Assembly: GCA_963790025.1 (NCBI GenBank)
Contig: CAWBMP010000004.1
Coordinates: forward strand, 928,001 to 992,000
Source of the DNA: Nitrospirota bacterium
GTDB taxonomy: Bacteria > Nitrospirota > Thermodesulfovibrionia > Thermodesulfovibrionales > Dissulfurispiraceae
Direction: 5' to 3'
Length of the DNA: 64,000 bases
The translations under genes were made by a program, and so were the position numbers. Below, piece after piece: positions 10,287 to 22,020 of the stretch. The notes under the pieces are model-generated. The model did no database searches. It was not told where the DNA came from and saw nothing but the letters and a program-made list of their open reading frames with translations. The stretch's first letter is position 1. Each line of letters starts with the position of its first letter.

Positions 10287-10505
10287 TTATTTGTTTTTCC
10301 ACTCCTGCCGGTTATAATCATTGACAATCTTCAATATTTCCTTTGCTTCCTTGTGTATGCCCCGGGACCTTTCGCCGCGCTTGTATTCCCCTTCGTACAC
10401 GTCCCAGTTGCCATGCTGGTTTGCCACGTATTTGATTCCATCGACCTCATAGCATGTTACCAGGACATCGTTGTAAAATGATTTTACATGTGTCTTTTTA
10501 ATCAC
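10287..10505 (-). CDS. Hypothetical protein, 72 aa
   Basis: ORF with upstream GGAG-like RBS, co-oriented with purL and ankyrin gene; no recognised motif. Confidence 0.55.
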   Translation of the reverse strand: MIKKTHVKSFYNDVLVTCYEVDGIKYVANQHGNWDVYEGEYKRGERSRGIHKEAKEILKIVNDYNRQEWKNK

Positions 10506-10627
10506 TCTCCGGCTCCTTTACTTTTGGCTCTCTATAAAGTACTTATTGCATTATATGTTATTGAAAATACATCTGTAAACAAGTCAAACCACCTTTACCC
10601 TTATCCCCATCCACTCATTCACACTTT

Positions 10628-13600
10628 TCACTTCCCATCGCACCACTTACGGGCATTGAGGAACAGCTTCAGCCATGGGGAGGCTTTAAGCATCTTCTTC
10701 ATTTGCTCCGGCATCCAGGGCCATTGCCATGTGAGAAAGGTCCTTTCAGGATGGGGCATTAGAGCAAGATGCCTGCCGTCGGCAGTGCAAAGGGCTGCAA
10801 TGCCCGACGGAGACCCGTTTGGATTGAAGGGATATGTTTCAGTTATTTTACCGTTGTCATCTATGTACCTTATAGGTGCAAGATTTTTTCTCAGAACTTC
10901 ATCGTATATTTTTCTGTCGGGGAAGTGGGTCTGCCCTTCGCCATGTGAAACCCATATGCCGAGTGCAGAGCCTTCCATGCCCTTCAGCATCACTGCAGGG
11001 CTCTTCAAAATCCTGACTGTAACAAAACGTGATTCAAATCTTCCGGACCTGTTCTGGATGAACCTCGGCTGTAACCTATCGGAAATCCCCTGCCAGGGGA
11101 CCCAACCCAACAGTGCAGCAAGCTGGCATCCGTTACATACGCTGAGACTGAATGTGTCCCGCCTATGATAAAAATTATTGAACTGATCATAGAGTTTCTT
11201 ACTGAACCGTATAGTGCCGGCCTGTCCCTTCCCCGAATCCAGGACATCCGCATAACTGAACCCACCGACAAAAGCTATCCCCTTGAACCGCGATAGAGTT
11301 ATCCTGTCGCAGAGCAGGTCGGTCATAGCTACATCCCAGGGCTCAAAGCCCGCCTGATAAAAGGCGGAAGCCATCTCGCGGTCACCGTTGCTTCCTTCCT
11401 CCCTGATAACTGCGACTGCCGGTTTTGTTTTCTTTTTGATGAAAACAGCTGGGGTCTGCTTAGGGGCAAAGGATAGATGGTATGAGGGGCCGGGCCTGTC
11501 ATAAATTGCAGCCTTCTCTTCAAGAACACACTCAGGGTTTGCCTGAAGCATATCCAGCCGATGGCTGGTCTCTTCCCAGACTGACCTGAGTTCCTGCATG
11601 TTTTTATCAAGTATCAGCTCTCCGTCAAGACTTATCCTGATGTTATTTTCCGCCAGGCTGCGGCCTATGATCTGGTAAGGCACTTTATTCTTTAGCAATA
11701 TAGTGGTAATCTCCTTCTCCGCCTTTTTCTCATATTCAATGACCAGCCCCAGTTCCTCGGAGAAAAAGACCTGCATGGCATTATTCAAACGACCACAGGA
11801 AAGGTTGACTTCCAGCCCGCAATTGCCGGCAAAGGCCATTTCAAGCAATGTAGTGATAAGCCCCCCGTCGCTCCTGTCATGGCCTGCCAGCAACAAGCCC
11901 CGTTCTATCAGTATTTGAACCGCGTTAAAGGAGTCCTCCAGCACCCGGCTGTTTTCCACATCAGGCGCTTCGGTCCCCACCTGCTTATAGCACTGGGCAA
12001 GCGCCGAGCCTCCCAGCCTGTTTTTCCCCGATCCGATATCAATATAGATAAGTCTGCTTTTGCCGGGGGCTTTCAGGTCGGGGGTCACCACCTTTGTAAT
12101 GTCAGGGCACGGCGCATACGCCGATATCACCAGCGCGCCCGGGGACTTTACCATTTCAGTTTCGCCGGTGGGATATTTTACAATTGAAGCCATCGAGAGA
12201 CTGTCCTTGCCCCCATCGATTGCAATGCCCAGTTCCAGCATTATGTCCCTCATGGCTATAGCTGCATCGTAAAGCCGCGCGCCTTCACCCGGAAGTTTTG
12301 GCGCCCACATCCAGTTCGCTGAGCACTTGATATCACTGAGTGCGCTTATACGGGCCCAAACAATATTGGTTAAAGCTTCTCCGACAGACATCCTCGCCAT
12401 AGCTGAGGGATTGATGAGCCCTTTGACAGGCTGCTCACCTATAGCTATAGCTGCTCCCGTCAAACCAAGATGGCTCTGTGCAATGACCGCTACATCAGAG
12501 ACAGTCAACTGCAGCGGACCGGCGCATTGCTGCCTGGCGATGAGACCGGTAACCGACCGGTCCACCTTGTTTGTCAGGAACCTCTTTGACCCTACAGATA
12601 CCAGCCTGAGCACCCGGTCGAGCGCATCTCCAAGTGTAATGCCCTCAGGCAAATCAAGCGGTTGAGTATGACTCGGAACACGTTCCATTCTGAACACTTT
12701 CCTCGGCATATCACCCAGCACCTTATCGAGACTCAACTGCTCTGCAACGCTACCGTCAATGCCGTCATAAACAACAATTTCTCCGTCGCCTGTTATTTCG
12801 CCTATTACCGCAACGGGTACCTTTTCTCTGCCGCTCAGCATTCGGAACATTTCGATTTTTTCAGGGCTTATGAGAAGGGCATCCTGTTCCTGGTATTCTG
12901 CGCCCCATATTTCAAGCACGGACAATGTATGATCACCGACAATTACCTTCCGTATGTCGATTTTTGCGCCCGCAGGATGGACGATTTCCTTAACCACGTT
13001 GCAATTGCCCCCCGCCCCCTGGTCATGAATGCTTACAATCGGATTGTCAGCCCCGAGTTCAACGCAAGCCCTGATTACCCTGTTGAGCTTTTGCTCCATT
13101 TCCGCATCACCGCGCTGCACTGCATTGAAATCGAGTTCCTGTATGTTTTCCCCTTGTATCATACTCGAAGCAGCGCCGCCTCCCATGCCTATACGGTATG
13201 CAGGACCGCCGATCTTCACTACTGCCATTCCCCGTTTCGGCTCTCTTTTCTCCGTGTGGCGCTCATCAATCTGCCCTACCCCGCCGGTAAACATAATAGG
13301 TTTAATCCATTCACTCCTCTCGCCGGCAGGGAGTCTCAGCCCGAACGACCTGGTAAAGCCCTGAATGACCGGTTCGCCAAACTTGTTCCCGTAATCCGAT
13401 GCTCCGTTGCTTGCCTGAATTTCGATTTGGAGCGGAGAGGCCAGGTTGCCAGGATAGCTGAACGAACCGTGCTCCCATGGGAGTGGGTATCCAGGTATTT
13501 GCAGGTTACCCACACAGTAAGCTGCCGTTCCGGCAACAAAAAGACTTCCCCTCCCGGTTGCGTGCACATCCCTTATCCTGCCGCCTGTGCCCGTTTCAGC

Positions 13601-14581
13601 ACCGGGAAACGGCGCAACTCCTGAGGGGAAATTATGCGTTTCCGCCGTGAAGATAATATGATAAACACATTTATTCTTCCTGAACAAGGAAGGGGCCAGC
13701 GGGTTTTCAGGCATAACAGACGAGATTTCATACCCCCTGATGGCACTGGAGTTATCTCTGAATGCAATAATGCTGTTGTTGGGGTTTCTCTTGTAAGGCT
13801 CCTTGACAATCTGCATCAGGCTCTCGGGCATTGCCTTGCCGTCAATAACCAGCCTGCCCCTGAAAAACCAGTGACGCGAATGTTCGCTGTTCGATTGGCT
13901 CAGATCGAAACACTCCACATCGGTCGGGTCCCTTCCAATCTCATCTTTAAACAACCTGTAATAAAAATCGATGTCCCATGCATCAAAGCCAAGTCCCAGT
14001 TCTCTGTTGATCCTCGCCAGCGCCTCTTCTCCCTCTTCCATTACAGGAACGATCCTGACCCGCTGCGGCCTGGTTCCCGTCTCAAAAGTAAGGAGCTGTT
14101 CAGGATAGAGGCATTCCGTCATCCGGTCATGAATCAACTCCAAAAAAGGCTGGGCAAGCGAGCCGGCTTTTGCCTTTTGCCTTCCGATTAACTTATATCT
14201 TCTTGAGCGCTCTATGCGCCGTACTTTCAGCAGACCACACGAGTGACAAATCGAAACTGCATTGGCAGACCAGGCAGTAGTAAAGCTCAAACGCGGGCCC
14301 ACCTCAAAGATATTGCAATGCTTAATGCGTGATACGTTACGTGTTAAAAAACTTTCGGAAGAAAAGTTTCGAGGTTCGAAAGTTTCGGCCAGCAGCCACC
14401 GGAGCACTCTCAGTTCTCTCTCAGTGAAGGGTTCCGAAGCATCTATGTTAAAGCAGAATTCTGTTTCGATTTCTGCGATATCAGGCCAAATCCTGTCTTT
14501 TACCGTGTTAAGGAGAACATTCCGCTTATATGGCGAGAGAGCAGGGGTGCGATAGAAATGAAGAAGTTTTTTATCTGACAT
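10628..14581 (-). CDS. purL: Phosphoribosylformylglycinamidine synthase, large single-chain form
   Basis: QSNSEHSRH, AETHNFP, HDQGAGG, GGKDSLSM, GGFSYADVL, SVCNGCQ, MPHPER; start at 14581 chosen for AGGAG RBS. Confidence 0.96.
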   Translation of the reverse strand: MSDKKLLHFYRTPALSPYKRNVLLNTVKDRIWPDIAEIETEFCFNIDASEPFTERELRVLRWLLAETFEPRNFSSESFLTRNVSRIKHCNIFEVGPRLSFTTAWSANAVSICHSCGLLKVRRIERSRRYKLIGRQKAKAGSLAQPFLELIHDRMTECLYPEQLLTFETGTRPQRVRIVPVMEEGEEALARINRELGLGFDAWDIDFYYRLFKDEIGRDPTDVECFDLSQSNSEHSRHWFFRGRLVIDGKAMPESLMQIVKEPYKRNPNNSIIAFRDNSSAIRGYEISSVMPENPLAPSLFRKNKCVYHIIFTAETHNFPSGVAPFPGAETGTGGRIRDVHATGRGSLFVAGTAAYCVGNLQIPGYPLPWEHGSFSYPGNLASPLQIEIQASNGASDYGNKFGEPVIQGFTRSFGLRLPAGERSEWIKPIMFTGGVGQIDERHTEKREPKRGMAVVKIGGPAYRIGMGGGAASSMIQGENIQELDFNAVQRGDAEMEQKLNRVIRACVELGADNPIVSIHDQGAGGNCNVVKEIVHPAGAKIDIRKVIVGDHTLSVLEIWGAEYQEQDALLISPEKIEMFRMLSGREKVPVAVIGEITGDGEIVVYDGIDGSVAEQLSLDKVLGDMPRKVFRMERVPSHTQPLDLPEGITLGDALDRVLRLVSVGSKRFLTNKVDRSVTGLIARQQCAGPLQLTVSDVAVIAQSHLGLTGAAIAIGEQPVKGLINPSAMARMSVGEALTNIVWARISALSDIKCSANWMWAPKLPGEGARLYDAAIAMRDIMLELGIAIDGGKDSLSMASIVKYPTGETEMVKSPGALVISAYAPCPDITKVVTPDLKAPGKSRLIYIDIGSGKNRLGGSALAQCYKQVGTEAPDVENSRVLEDSFNAVQILIERGLLLAGHDRSDGGLITTLLEMAFAGNCGLEVNLSCGRLNNAMQVFFSEELGLVIEYEKKAEKEITTILLKNKVPYQIIGRSLAENNIRISLDGELILDKNMQELRSVWEETSHRLDMLQANPECVLEEKAAIYDRPGPSYHLSFAPKQTPAVFIKKKTKPAVAVIREEGSNGDREMASAFYQAGFEPWDVAMTDLLCDRITLSRFKGIAFVGGFSYADVLDSGKGQAGTIRFSKKLYDQFNNFYHRRDTFSLSVCNGCQLAALLGWVPWQGISDRLQPRFIQNRSGRFESRFVTVRILKSPAVMLKGMEGSALGIWVSHGEGQTHFPDRKIYDEVLRKNLAPIRYIDDNGKITETYPFNPNGSPSGIAALCTADGRHLALMPHPERTFLTWQWPWMPEQMKKMLKASPWLKLFLNARKWCDGK

Positions 14582-14633
14582 TTCTTCTCCTTTATTACTT
14601 ATGCTGTTTGTCATTTTACCATAACATACGACA

Positions 14634-14724
14634 GAAGTTGGAATTTAGAGGTTTGAGAGTAGAGGTTAGAGGCAACAACAAAGCACTTTTTTTGCTTTTG
14701 CCTCAGACCTCTAACCTCCAACCT
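14634..14724. repeat. Heptamer-periodic inverted repeat in purL/RACo divergent intergenic region
   Basis: agaggtttgagagtagaggttagaggc ... gcctcagacctctaacctccaacc; same GAGGTTx unit as 7914-7973. Confidence 0.75.
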
Positions 14725-14770
14725 TTTATTATATATGTGGTAAAATACCCCGTTAATTAAGATTTTCGGG

Positions 14771-16663
14771 GTGTGGTTGATGGAATTGCGTTTGACTTCA
14801 GATGAAGTGGTGCAAACTAATGAGGGAGAAAGCCTTTACACTGCTCTGAAAAAAGCCGGCATTTACCTTGTCGCTTCCTGCGGAGGGAAAGGCGTCTGCG
14901 GAAAATGCAAAATAAAGGTCCTGGACGGGCCCAGCGAGTCTGTCTCTCACACGAAACTGACGGCGCAAGAGCTTGAGGAGGGCATGGCACTTGCGTGCCA
15001 GACCTTCCCCAAAGGCGATCTGCTTCTTGATATACCGAAAGAGTCAAAACTTGTCATCGGAGACAAGATTGCGCTTGCCAAAACAAAAAACCTTGCCTCA
15101 TATCTTGAGTCTTATGGAGTTGTCATCAATCTTCCCATTAAAAGAATCCACCTTCAACTGCCGCCGCCGACAATCAGCGATAACATAAGCGATCTTGAGC
15201 GTTTGAAGAGGGCACTCCATGAAAGAGGCCTAAGGGACATGCGTTTCTCTCACGGGTTCGTATCCACAATGGGCACTATTCTGAGAGATGCGAAGTGGAT
15301 TGTTGACCTTATCTATGTGCCTGGAGACGCAATGAGCAGCGAAGCCATTTATCTGGCTTCTCCGGGATATTGCAGCAGGCGATACGGCCTTGCCATAGAC
15401 ATCGGCACCACAACTGTTGTGGTATATCTAGTAAATCTATTAGATGGATCAATCGTGGACATCGGTTCCACCTATAACTCCCAGATACGTTTCGGAGATG
15501 ATGTCATAACAAGGATAGTCCATGCAACTGAAGGCGGGGGACTCAATGAGCTCAGAAATGCCGTAGTCGCGGATATCAACACAATCACCTCCTCGTTCAT
15601 CGAGCGCCATGATATTCACTCTTGCGAAATAGATTCCGCGACTGTCGCGGGTAATACAACAATGTCACATATCTTCTGGGGAATGAATCCGGGCTCTATC
15701 AGGGAAGAACCTTACATTCCCACGCTCAACTTCTTCCCCCTCTGGAAGGGCGGCTCCGCGAAACTATGCATTAATGCGCAAGCGCCGGTTTATACTGTCC
15801 CGTCCATAGCCAGTTATGTCGGAGGCGATATTGTTGCAGGGGTGCTTGCCTCAAAAATGCACCGCCATACCGAAATTGCCCTTTTTATGGACATAGGCAC
15901 CAACGGCGAAATCGTTGTCGGCAACAATGAGTGGCTTATGACAGCCGCCTGCTCTGCAGGGCCCTGTTTCGAGGGCAGCGGGATACGCTGCGGAATGCGC
16001 GCCACATCAGGGGCAATCGAGGCGATCAAAATCGACAAAGAAACTTTCAAACCTGAAATATCTGTCATAGGCGGCGGCACGCCGATGGGGATATGCGGAT
16101 CGGGAATGATCGATGCAGTATCTGAAATGTTCCTTACTGGAATTCTCGACCTGAAGGGCAAGTTTATTTCAGACAAAACAGACAGGGTCCGGAACGGCGA
16201 GGAAGGCCTGGAATACGTGTTCTTCTCCGGTAGTGCTCACCGCAGGGACATTGTACTTACGGAGGCCGATATCGAAAACCTGCTCCGGGCCAAGGCCGCA
16301 ATCTATGCCGGAGTTACGACGCTCCTCGGCGAAGTCGGCCTGACCATTGATTCAATTGAACGGATATATATAGCGGGAGGTTTCGGCAATTACATCAATG
16401 TCGAGAGGGCGATCACACTGGGCATGCTCCCCGATGCGCCCTTGGAGCGGTTTATATTTATGGGCAACACTTCCATCACCGGTGCATACCTCTGCCTGCT
16501 TTCAGAAGAATTAAGAAACGAGGCGGAAAAAATAGCTTCGCAAATGACTTACGTCGAACTGTCCGTTTCCCACAGCTTTATGGACCAGTATATGTCCGCA
16601 CTTTTCCTGCCTCACACAGATATCAACCAGTTTCCCACAGTTGCAGCGATGTTGCATAAATAG
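14771..16663 (+). CDS. ASKHA-domain ATP-dependent corrinoid reductive activator (RACo/AcsV family) with N-terminal 2Fe-2S domain
   Basis: [10 protein letters not shown]...[44 protein letters not shown]; start may be ATG 14780. Confidence 0.9.
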   Translation: MWLMELRLTSDEVVQTNEGESLYTALKKAGIYLVASCGGKGVCGKCKIKVLDGPSESVSHTKLTAQELEEGMALACQTFPKGDLLLDIPKESKLVIGDKIALAKTKNLASYLESYGVVINLPIKRIHLQLPPPTISDNISDLERLKRALHERGLRDMRFSHGFVSTMGTILRDAKWIVDLIYVPGDAMSSEAIYLASPGYCSRRYGLAIDIGTTTVVVYLVNLLDGSIVDIGSTYNSQIRFGDDVITRIVHATEGGGLNELRNAVVADINTITSSFIERHDIHSCEIDSATVAGNTTMSHIFWGMNPGSIREEPYIPTLNFFPLWKGGSAKLCINAQAPVYTVPSIASYVGGDIVAGVLASKMHRHTEIALFMDIGTNGEIVVGNNEWLMTAACSAGPCFEGSGIRCGMRATSGAIEAIKIDKETFKPEISVIGGGTPMGICGSGMIDAVSEMFLTGILDLKGKFISDKTDRVRNGEEGLEYVFFSGSAHRRDIVLTEADIENLLRAKAAIYAGVTTLLGEVGLTIDSIERIYIAGGFGNYINVERAITLGMLPDAPLERFIFMGNTSITGAYLCLLSEELRNEAEKIASQMTYVELSVSHSFMDQYMSALFLPHTDINQFPTVAAMLHK

Positions 16664-16667
16664 GATT

Positions 16668-18803
16668 ATGGGCTTTTTGCATGCCATAAAGCGGGATTTT
16701 GATGTTGTTTTCGAGCGCGATCCTGCCGCAAGGAATTATGTCGAGGTACTGTTGACCTATCCCGGACTCCATGCCATTTTCATGCACCGCATAAGCCATG
16801 CCCTTTGGGACCTGCGAATCCCCGTGTTGCCGAGGTTCCTTTCCCATGTAGCACGCTTACTGACCGGGATCGAAATCCATCCTGCGGCAAGCATAGGGAC
16901 CGGTTTCTTTATCGATCACGGCATGGGAGTCGTTGTCGGGGAGACCACCGATATAGGAAATGATTGCCTCTTGTACCAAGGTGTGACACTTGGAGGCACA
17001 GGGAAAGAAAAGGGGAAACGCCACCCCACATTGGGAAATAATGTAGTAGTAGGCGCGGGCGCAAAGATACTCGGCCCGATACTCATAGGCGATTATGTTA
17101 AAATAGGCGCTAATTCCGTTGTCTTGAAACCTGTCCCTGATTATTCCATTGTAGTGGGTGTGCCGGGCAGAATCATAAAAAAAGAAGTGGTGCGGATGGC
17201 TGCGGAAGGGCCTGTTGAGGCCCTCGATCATGTGAGACTTCCGGACCCTGTTGATGAAACACTGCATGAGTTCGCCGAACATCTTGCAAGAATTGAAGCG
17301 AGGATCGATAAAATGGAAGGTAAAAAAGCGGGCATGAAACTATTTAATACTATGACAGGAAAAAAAGAAGCTTTTATTCCTATCGAGAGGGACAAAGTGG
17401 CCATCTATGCCTGCGGGGTTACCGTGTACGACTATTCACATATAGGCCATGCCCGGAGTGCCGTGGTTTTTGACGTCATCAGACGGTATTTCAAATACAA
17501 GGGCCTTGCAGTCAAATACGTCAGGAACTTTACCGATATCGACGATAAAATAATTAATAGGGCACATCAGGACGGTATTGCGTGGGACGAGGTAGCGCGA
17601 AAGTATATAGCCGAATATTATGCGGATATGGACAGGCTCGGCGTTGCACGGGCCGATGTGGAGCCGAAAGCAACCGACCATATACAGGAAATGATCGGGG
17701 TGATAAAAGGGCTTATTGATAAAGGGCACGCCTATGTCTCGGAGGGAAGCGTGTATTTTGGCGTCGATACATTCTCGGACTACGGCAAACTCTCGAAGAA
17801 AGAGCAAAAAGACCTCCTTGCAGGCGCGCGCGTCAATATAGAAGAAAAGAAGAGGAACCCGTCCGATTTTGCACTCTGGAAGGCCTCAAAGGAAGGCGAG
17901 CCGTGGTGGGAGAGTCCCTGGGGCAAGGGAAGGCCGGGATGGCATATTGAATGCACGGCGATGGTAATCCGGCATCTCGGTGAATCCATCGACATTCACG
18001 GTGGCGGAGCTGATCTTATCTTCCCCCACCATGAGAATGAGATCGCCCAGTCCGAGGCGTTTACCGGTAAGCCCTTTGCAAAATATTGGGTGCATAACGG
18101 TTTCATTACTATCGATAAAGAAAAAATGTCAAAATCCCTGGGGAACTTCTTCACCATCCGTGAAATCCTCGATAAGTACGATCCCGAGGTCATCAGGCTC
18201 TTCCTGCTCTCAAGCCATTATCGCAGCCCCATCGAGTTTTCCAACGAACAGTTGCACGATGCGGAATCTTCTTTGGACAGGTATTACAGCACCGTTGCAC
18301 GGATCGAGGAATTTTTAACAGGCGTCGGGACAACTTCTTCGAAGACACCTAAGAATGCGAACACAGTGTCAGATGAACTTACCGCTGTGCTCGCTTCATT
18401 TCAGGGGCGCTTCGAAGAAGCAATGGATGACGATGTTAACACTGCACTCGCCACCGGGCATGTTTTTGAGCTTGTCAGAATAATCAATAAATACCTCGAT
18501 GCAAAACCCTCCGGTGAGTATGCCTATAAAATGATCGGGCAGGCTCTGGATGCCCTGCACATGGCAGGCAGCGTCCTTAATCTCTTTCAAAGGACGCCGG
18601 CAAAGTGGAACGTCGGTCTGTTGGCTACCAGGAAGATTCCCCTTACCGAGGTCGAGATAGAACAGAAGATAGAGCACCGGCAGAAAGCGAGACAGAACAA
18701 AGATTGGGCGCTGGCCGATTCAATCAGGAAAGAACTTGAGGACAAGGGTATACTGCTTGAAGACAGAAAAGACGGGAGCGGGTGGAAGGTGAAGATAGTT
18801 TAG
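16668..18803 (+). CDS. cysE-cysS: Fused serine O-acetyltransferase / cysteine--tRNA ligase
   Basis: N-part [34 protein letters not shown]-part [24 protein letters not shown]; no stop between them. Confidence 0.9.
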   Translation: MGFLHAIKRDFDVVFERDPAARNYVEVLLTYPGLHAIFMHRISHALWDLRIPVLPRFLSHVARLLTGIEIHPAASIGTGFFIDHGMGVVVGETTDIGNDCLLYQGVTLGGTGKEKGKRHPTLGNNVVVGAGAKILGPILIGDYVKIGANSVVLKPVPDYSIVVGVPGRIIKKEVVRMAAEGPVEALDHVRLPDPVDETLHEFAEHLARIEARIDKMEGKKAGMKLFNTMTGKKEAFIPIERDKVAIYACGVTVYDYSHIGHARSAVVFDVIRRYFKYKGLAVKYVRNFTDIDDKIINRAHQDGIAWDEVARKYIAEYYADMDRLGVARADVEPKATDHIQEMIGVIKGLIDKGHAYVSEGSVYFGVDTFSDYGKLSKKEQKDLLAGARVNIEEKKRNPSDFALWKASKEGEPWWESPWGKGRPGWHIECTAMVIRHLGESIDIHGGGADLIFPHHENEIAQSEAFTGKPFAKYWVHNGFITIDKEKMSKSLGNFFTIREILDKYDPEVIRLFLLSSHYRSPIEFSNEQLHDAESSLDRYYSTVARIEEFLTGVGTTSSKTPKNANTVSDELTAVLASFQGRFEEAMDDDVNTALATGHVFELVRIINKYLDAKPSGEYAYKMIGQALDALHMAGSVLNLFQRTPAKWNVGLLATRKIPLTEVEIEQKIEHRQKARQNKDWALADSIRKELEDKGILLEDRKDGSGWKVKIV

Positions 18804-18850
18804 CTGTTGCTCCATCATTATGTGTTGGCGGATTACGGGCTTGAGCTGAC

Positions 18851-20642
18851 TCACTCCATCAAAGAGGGAAACAACGGGTCTTTTTTCAGGAGATCATGAA
18901 ATTCTTGGGTGCTTAAAGGCTTGCTGAAGTAATAGCCTTGTACCTCATCGCACTTGTTTGAGCACAGGAACTCGAACTGTTTCAGCGTTTCGACGCCTTC
19001 GGCCACGACTTTGTAGTTGAGTCCATGAGCTAATGCTATTATTGTTTCTACAACTTTGCAATTGTCGGGTCTTTCCAGGCCTGAGATGAAAGATTGATCT
19101 ATCTTGAGTTCGTCTACGGAGAATTGGTTCAGGTAATTCAGGGATGAGTAACCGGTTCCGAAATCATCTATGGAAATGCCTACGCCGGCATCTCTTAGAT
19201 TATTCAGCATAATTATGGTGCCAGGAATGTCCTCGATAAGAGTGGATTCGGTTACCTCCAGCATCAAACAACTGGGATCAAGGTGGGTTTCAGCGAGAAT
19301 ATCCTTAACGACCTGCAAGAAATCGTGATTACGGAACTGCCTGACCGACAGGTTAACCGAGAATCTGCAAAGGTCTGAGTCCCCTGTCCTGCCATTCCTT
19401 ATTCTGTCGGCAGGCCTCTTTCAGGACCCATTCTCCAAGTTGAATGATCAGTCCTGTCTCCTCGGCAAGCGGGATGAAAAGAGCCGGTCTAACCTGGCCC
19501 TGATCGGGATGATACCAGCGTAACAGTGTCTCAATTCCGGCAATACGTCTCGTCTTTATGTCTATCTTTGGCTGGTAATTCAGATGAAACTCCAGTTTGT
19601 CGAGGGCTTTTCTGAACCGCGTTTCAAGAACAAAGCGTTCTACGGTGCTTTTGTTTATATCTTCAGTAAAAAACTTGAAATTATTTTTACCCTGGGCCTT
19701 GGCGTGGTACATGGCGGTGTCGGCATTCTTCAATAAAACGTCCGGGTCATTGCCATCATCGGGGAACATAGTAATGCCGATACTTGCCGAGATATGAAGC
19801 TCGTGACCTGACAGTGAGAACGGATTGGCAAGCAGAGAGTTGAATTTATAGGCTAAATGGGCGGCGCTGTTGGCACTACCTACATCGGGCAGTATAACTA
19901 AGAATTCATCGCCACCCAACCGGGCCACAGTATCGCTTTTGCGAACCACCGATAAAAGCCTCGCGGATGTTTCAACTAGAAGCTGGTCGCCTACGTGATG
20001 GCCGAGCGTGTCATTGATATCTTTGAAGCGGTCAAGGTCAATGAGCATAACGGCTATCAAGTGGCGATACCGAATTCCCAATGCAACTGCCTGTCTCAGT
20101 CGGTCAAACATTAGAGAACGATTCGGAAGTTTTGTGAGCATGTCAAAATGAGCCATGTGCTGCAGCGTCTTTTCGGCATCTTTAAATTTTGTGATATCCC
20201 GAAAAGTTGCAGCATATCCTTTTATTTTGCCGTTTTTATCTTTAAACGCCTCGATTGCAAACCAGGCCACAAAGAATTTATTGCCTTTCTTGCGACACAT
20301 GACCTCACCCTGCCAGATTCCGTCTTTGTTTATGGCATTCCTAATTTTTTCTATTTCGCTTTCCCCCTCTGCATCCAGGAGAAGATCGAACAAGCCAAAT
20401 TTCAGCGTCTCCTTCTTTGAATATCCGGTAAGATTTGAAAATATTTTGTTGAGGGCGGTTATACGCCAAGCGGCGTCCATGCCGGTATAGGCTATTCCGG
20501 CCAACTGAATTGCCCGAAATTCATTTTTGTGGCGGGTTGCTAATTGCTTGAACGCATCAAGTCGGAGCTGCAATTTCAAAAGAAGATTCAGGAGTTCCGA
20601 TTTATTAAGTTTTTTGTATCTGTTGTTAACAGCATCTTTCAT
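18851..20642 (-). pseudogene. PAS-GGDEF-EAL c-di-GMP enzyme split by a one-base frameshift near 19360
   Basis: RLGGDEF and ETLLRW in first ORF, IDDFGTGYSSL and VVAEGVE in second; removing one base gives continuous ...LQISVNLSVRQFRNHDFLQVV. Confidence 0.8.
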
Positions 20643-20826
20643 AGATTGCCTATATTAACATGTTTGATTAAGCCAACATAACAGTTAAATGATCAGCACA
20701 GTTAAATGATCAGCGAAGGAACTATTCCCTTGAAGAAGACTGGGCCAGGCATCTCCGGAGCCACTTATAATTCCCGCAATAACTGTAACATTAATATTTC
20801 TTCATCAAAATGGAGTAATATAAATT

Positions 20827-21618
20827 ATGAGGTCAGGTGTTGCTTTTATAGTTTTGTTGGGGCTTGCAATAGTGACTGCTATGCTGGTCATTCTTGGAGG
20901 AGGTAAAAATATGTCTATGCGACATAATTATACTGAAGCAGGCATTGGTCTGCCACCATCAGACCGTCTTATTTCAGGCAAATCCGAAACAGCTACCTTT
21001 GCCCTAGGCTGATTCTGGGGGCCGGACTCCCAGTTTGGGAGCTTGCCAGGAGTTATCCGGACCAGGGTGGGATACGCCGGTGGCACTACGAAGAATCCAA
21101 GTTATCACGATCTTGGAGATCACTCTGAGTCAATCCAGGTTGATTTTGACCCCTCTCGCATCTCGTATAGGGAATTGTTGGATATTTTCTGGAAGAGTCA
21201 CGATCCGACAAGAAATTCATGGTCCCGCCAGTATAGGGCGGCAATATTCTATCACAACGAAGAACAAAGGCTTGCTGCAATGGAAACTAGAGGTCACTTT
21301 GCTTCTGAAACCAAAGGAAAAGTTGCTACTGCCATAGAACCGTATTCAGGATTCAATATTGCCGAAGATTATCACCAAAAGCATAGTTTAAGATTGTATC
21401 CCGAAATAATTAAGGAGTTCACGGCGCGATTTCCTGACGTAAAGAGTCTGATCAATTCAACGGCTGTGACACGTGTCAACGGTTACATCGGCGGATACGG
21501 CTCGTGCGAGTCTCTAAAAAAAGAGATAGAGGAGTTCGGACTTTCACACAGCGCGACGGACCTATTGACCTCTGTAGTTTGCGGTCGCAAAACACCAATT
21601 GTTTGTCCGGTTCGCTAA
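20827..21618 (+). CDS. msrA: Peptide-methionine (S)-S-oxide reductase, selenocysteine-containing (UGA at 21010-21012)
   Basis: ATFALG-UGA-FWGPDSQFGSLPGVIRTRVGYAGG: UGA sits at the catalytic Cys of GCFWG; AEDYHQK downstream; the two track ORFs are in one frame; alternative start ATG 20911 has GGAGGT RBS. Confidence 0.88.
21013..21051 (+). promoter_or_regulatory. Putative bacterial SECIS hairpin
   Basis: Upper stem CTCCCA-GTT-TGGGAG with loop G about 21 nt after UGA, lower pairing TTCTGG/CCAGGA. Confidence 0.65.
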
Positions 21619-21623
21619 AGGAA

Positions 21624-21869
21624 TTACCCTTTGTCAACATTTAACAGCTCCTTTTGGTCAGGCATTTGCTCCTGCGCCTTCCTGAGAAGCTCAACAAGGT
21701 CCTCAATTTTGTTAGGTGAAATTGCAATGCCCTTTTTTGTTGGCACCCACTCCCCCATGTCATCCTTATAGTGCGCCCGCACGTCAAGAAAGCAGACGCC
21801 CTTGTATGTCTCCCATCTGATCCGTATTTTCTCCTTCGAGTTTTTATCAATCTCCCCGACTAACGTCAT
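21624..21869 (-). CDS. PC4/YdbC-family (transcriptional coactivator p15-like) ssDNA-binding protein
   Basis: EKIRI..ETYKG..FLDVR.HY.D..GEWVPTKKGI. Confidence 0.8.
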   Translation of the reverse strand: MTLVGEIDKNSKEKIRIRWETYKGVCFLDVRAHYKDDMGEWVPTKKGIAISPNKIEDLVELLRKAQEQMPDQKELLNVDKG

Positions 21870-21904
21870 TCCTCAACCTCCCCATTGTACGAAGTATAAT
21901 GAAA

Positions 21905-21999
21905 GTTAAACCTATACCGGCGGTTTTATCAATCAGAAAAATAGAAGCATGAAATCAGGAAATTCCCGATACAGACAATTGATGGTCTGAAATGTGTCG
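21905..21999 (-). promoter_or_regulatory. Duplicated promoter element copy A (upstream of PC4 gene) with TCGGGAATTTCCTGA near-palindrome
   Basis: Reverse complement aligns by eye over about 95 bp with 25143-25240. Confidence 0.7.
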
Positions 22000-22020
22000 C
22001 CAACAGTAGTTCGACGGGTA

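Noticed and set aside
20827..21012. 61-aa stand-alone ORF plus a truncated msrA pseudogene
   Set aside because: The stop is an in-frame TGA at the catalytic Cys with a SECIS-like hairpin; better explained as one selenoprotein
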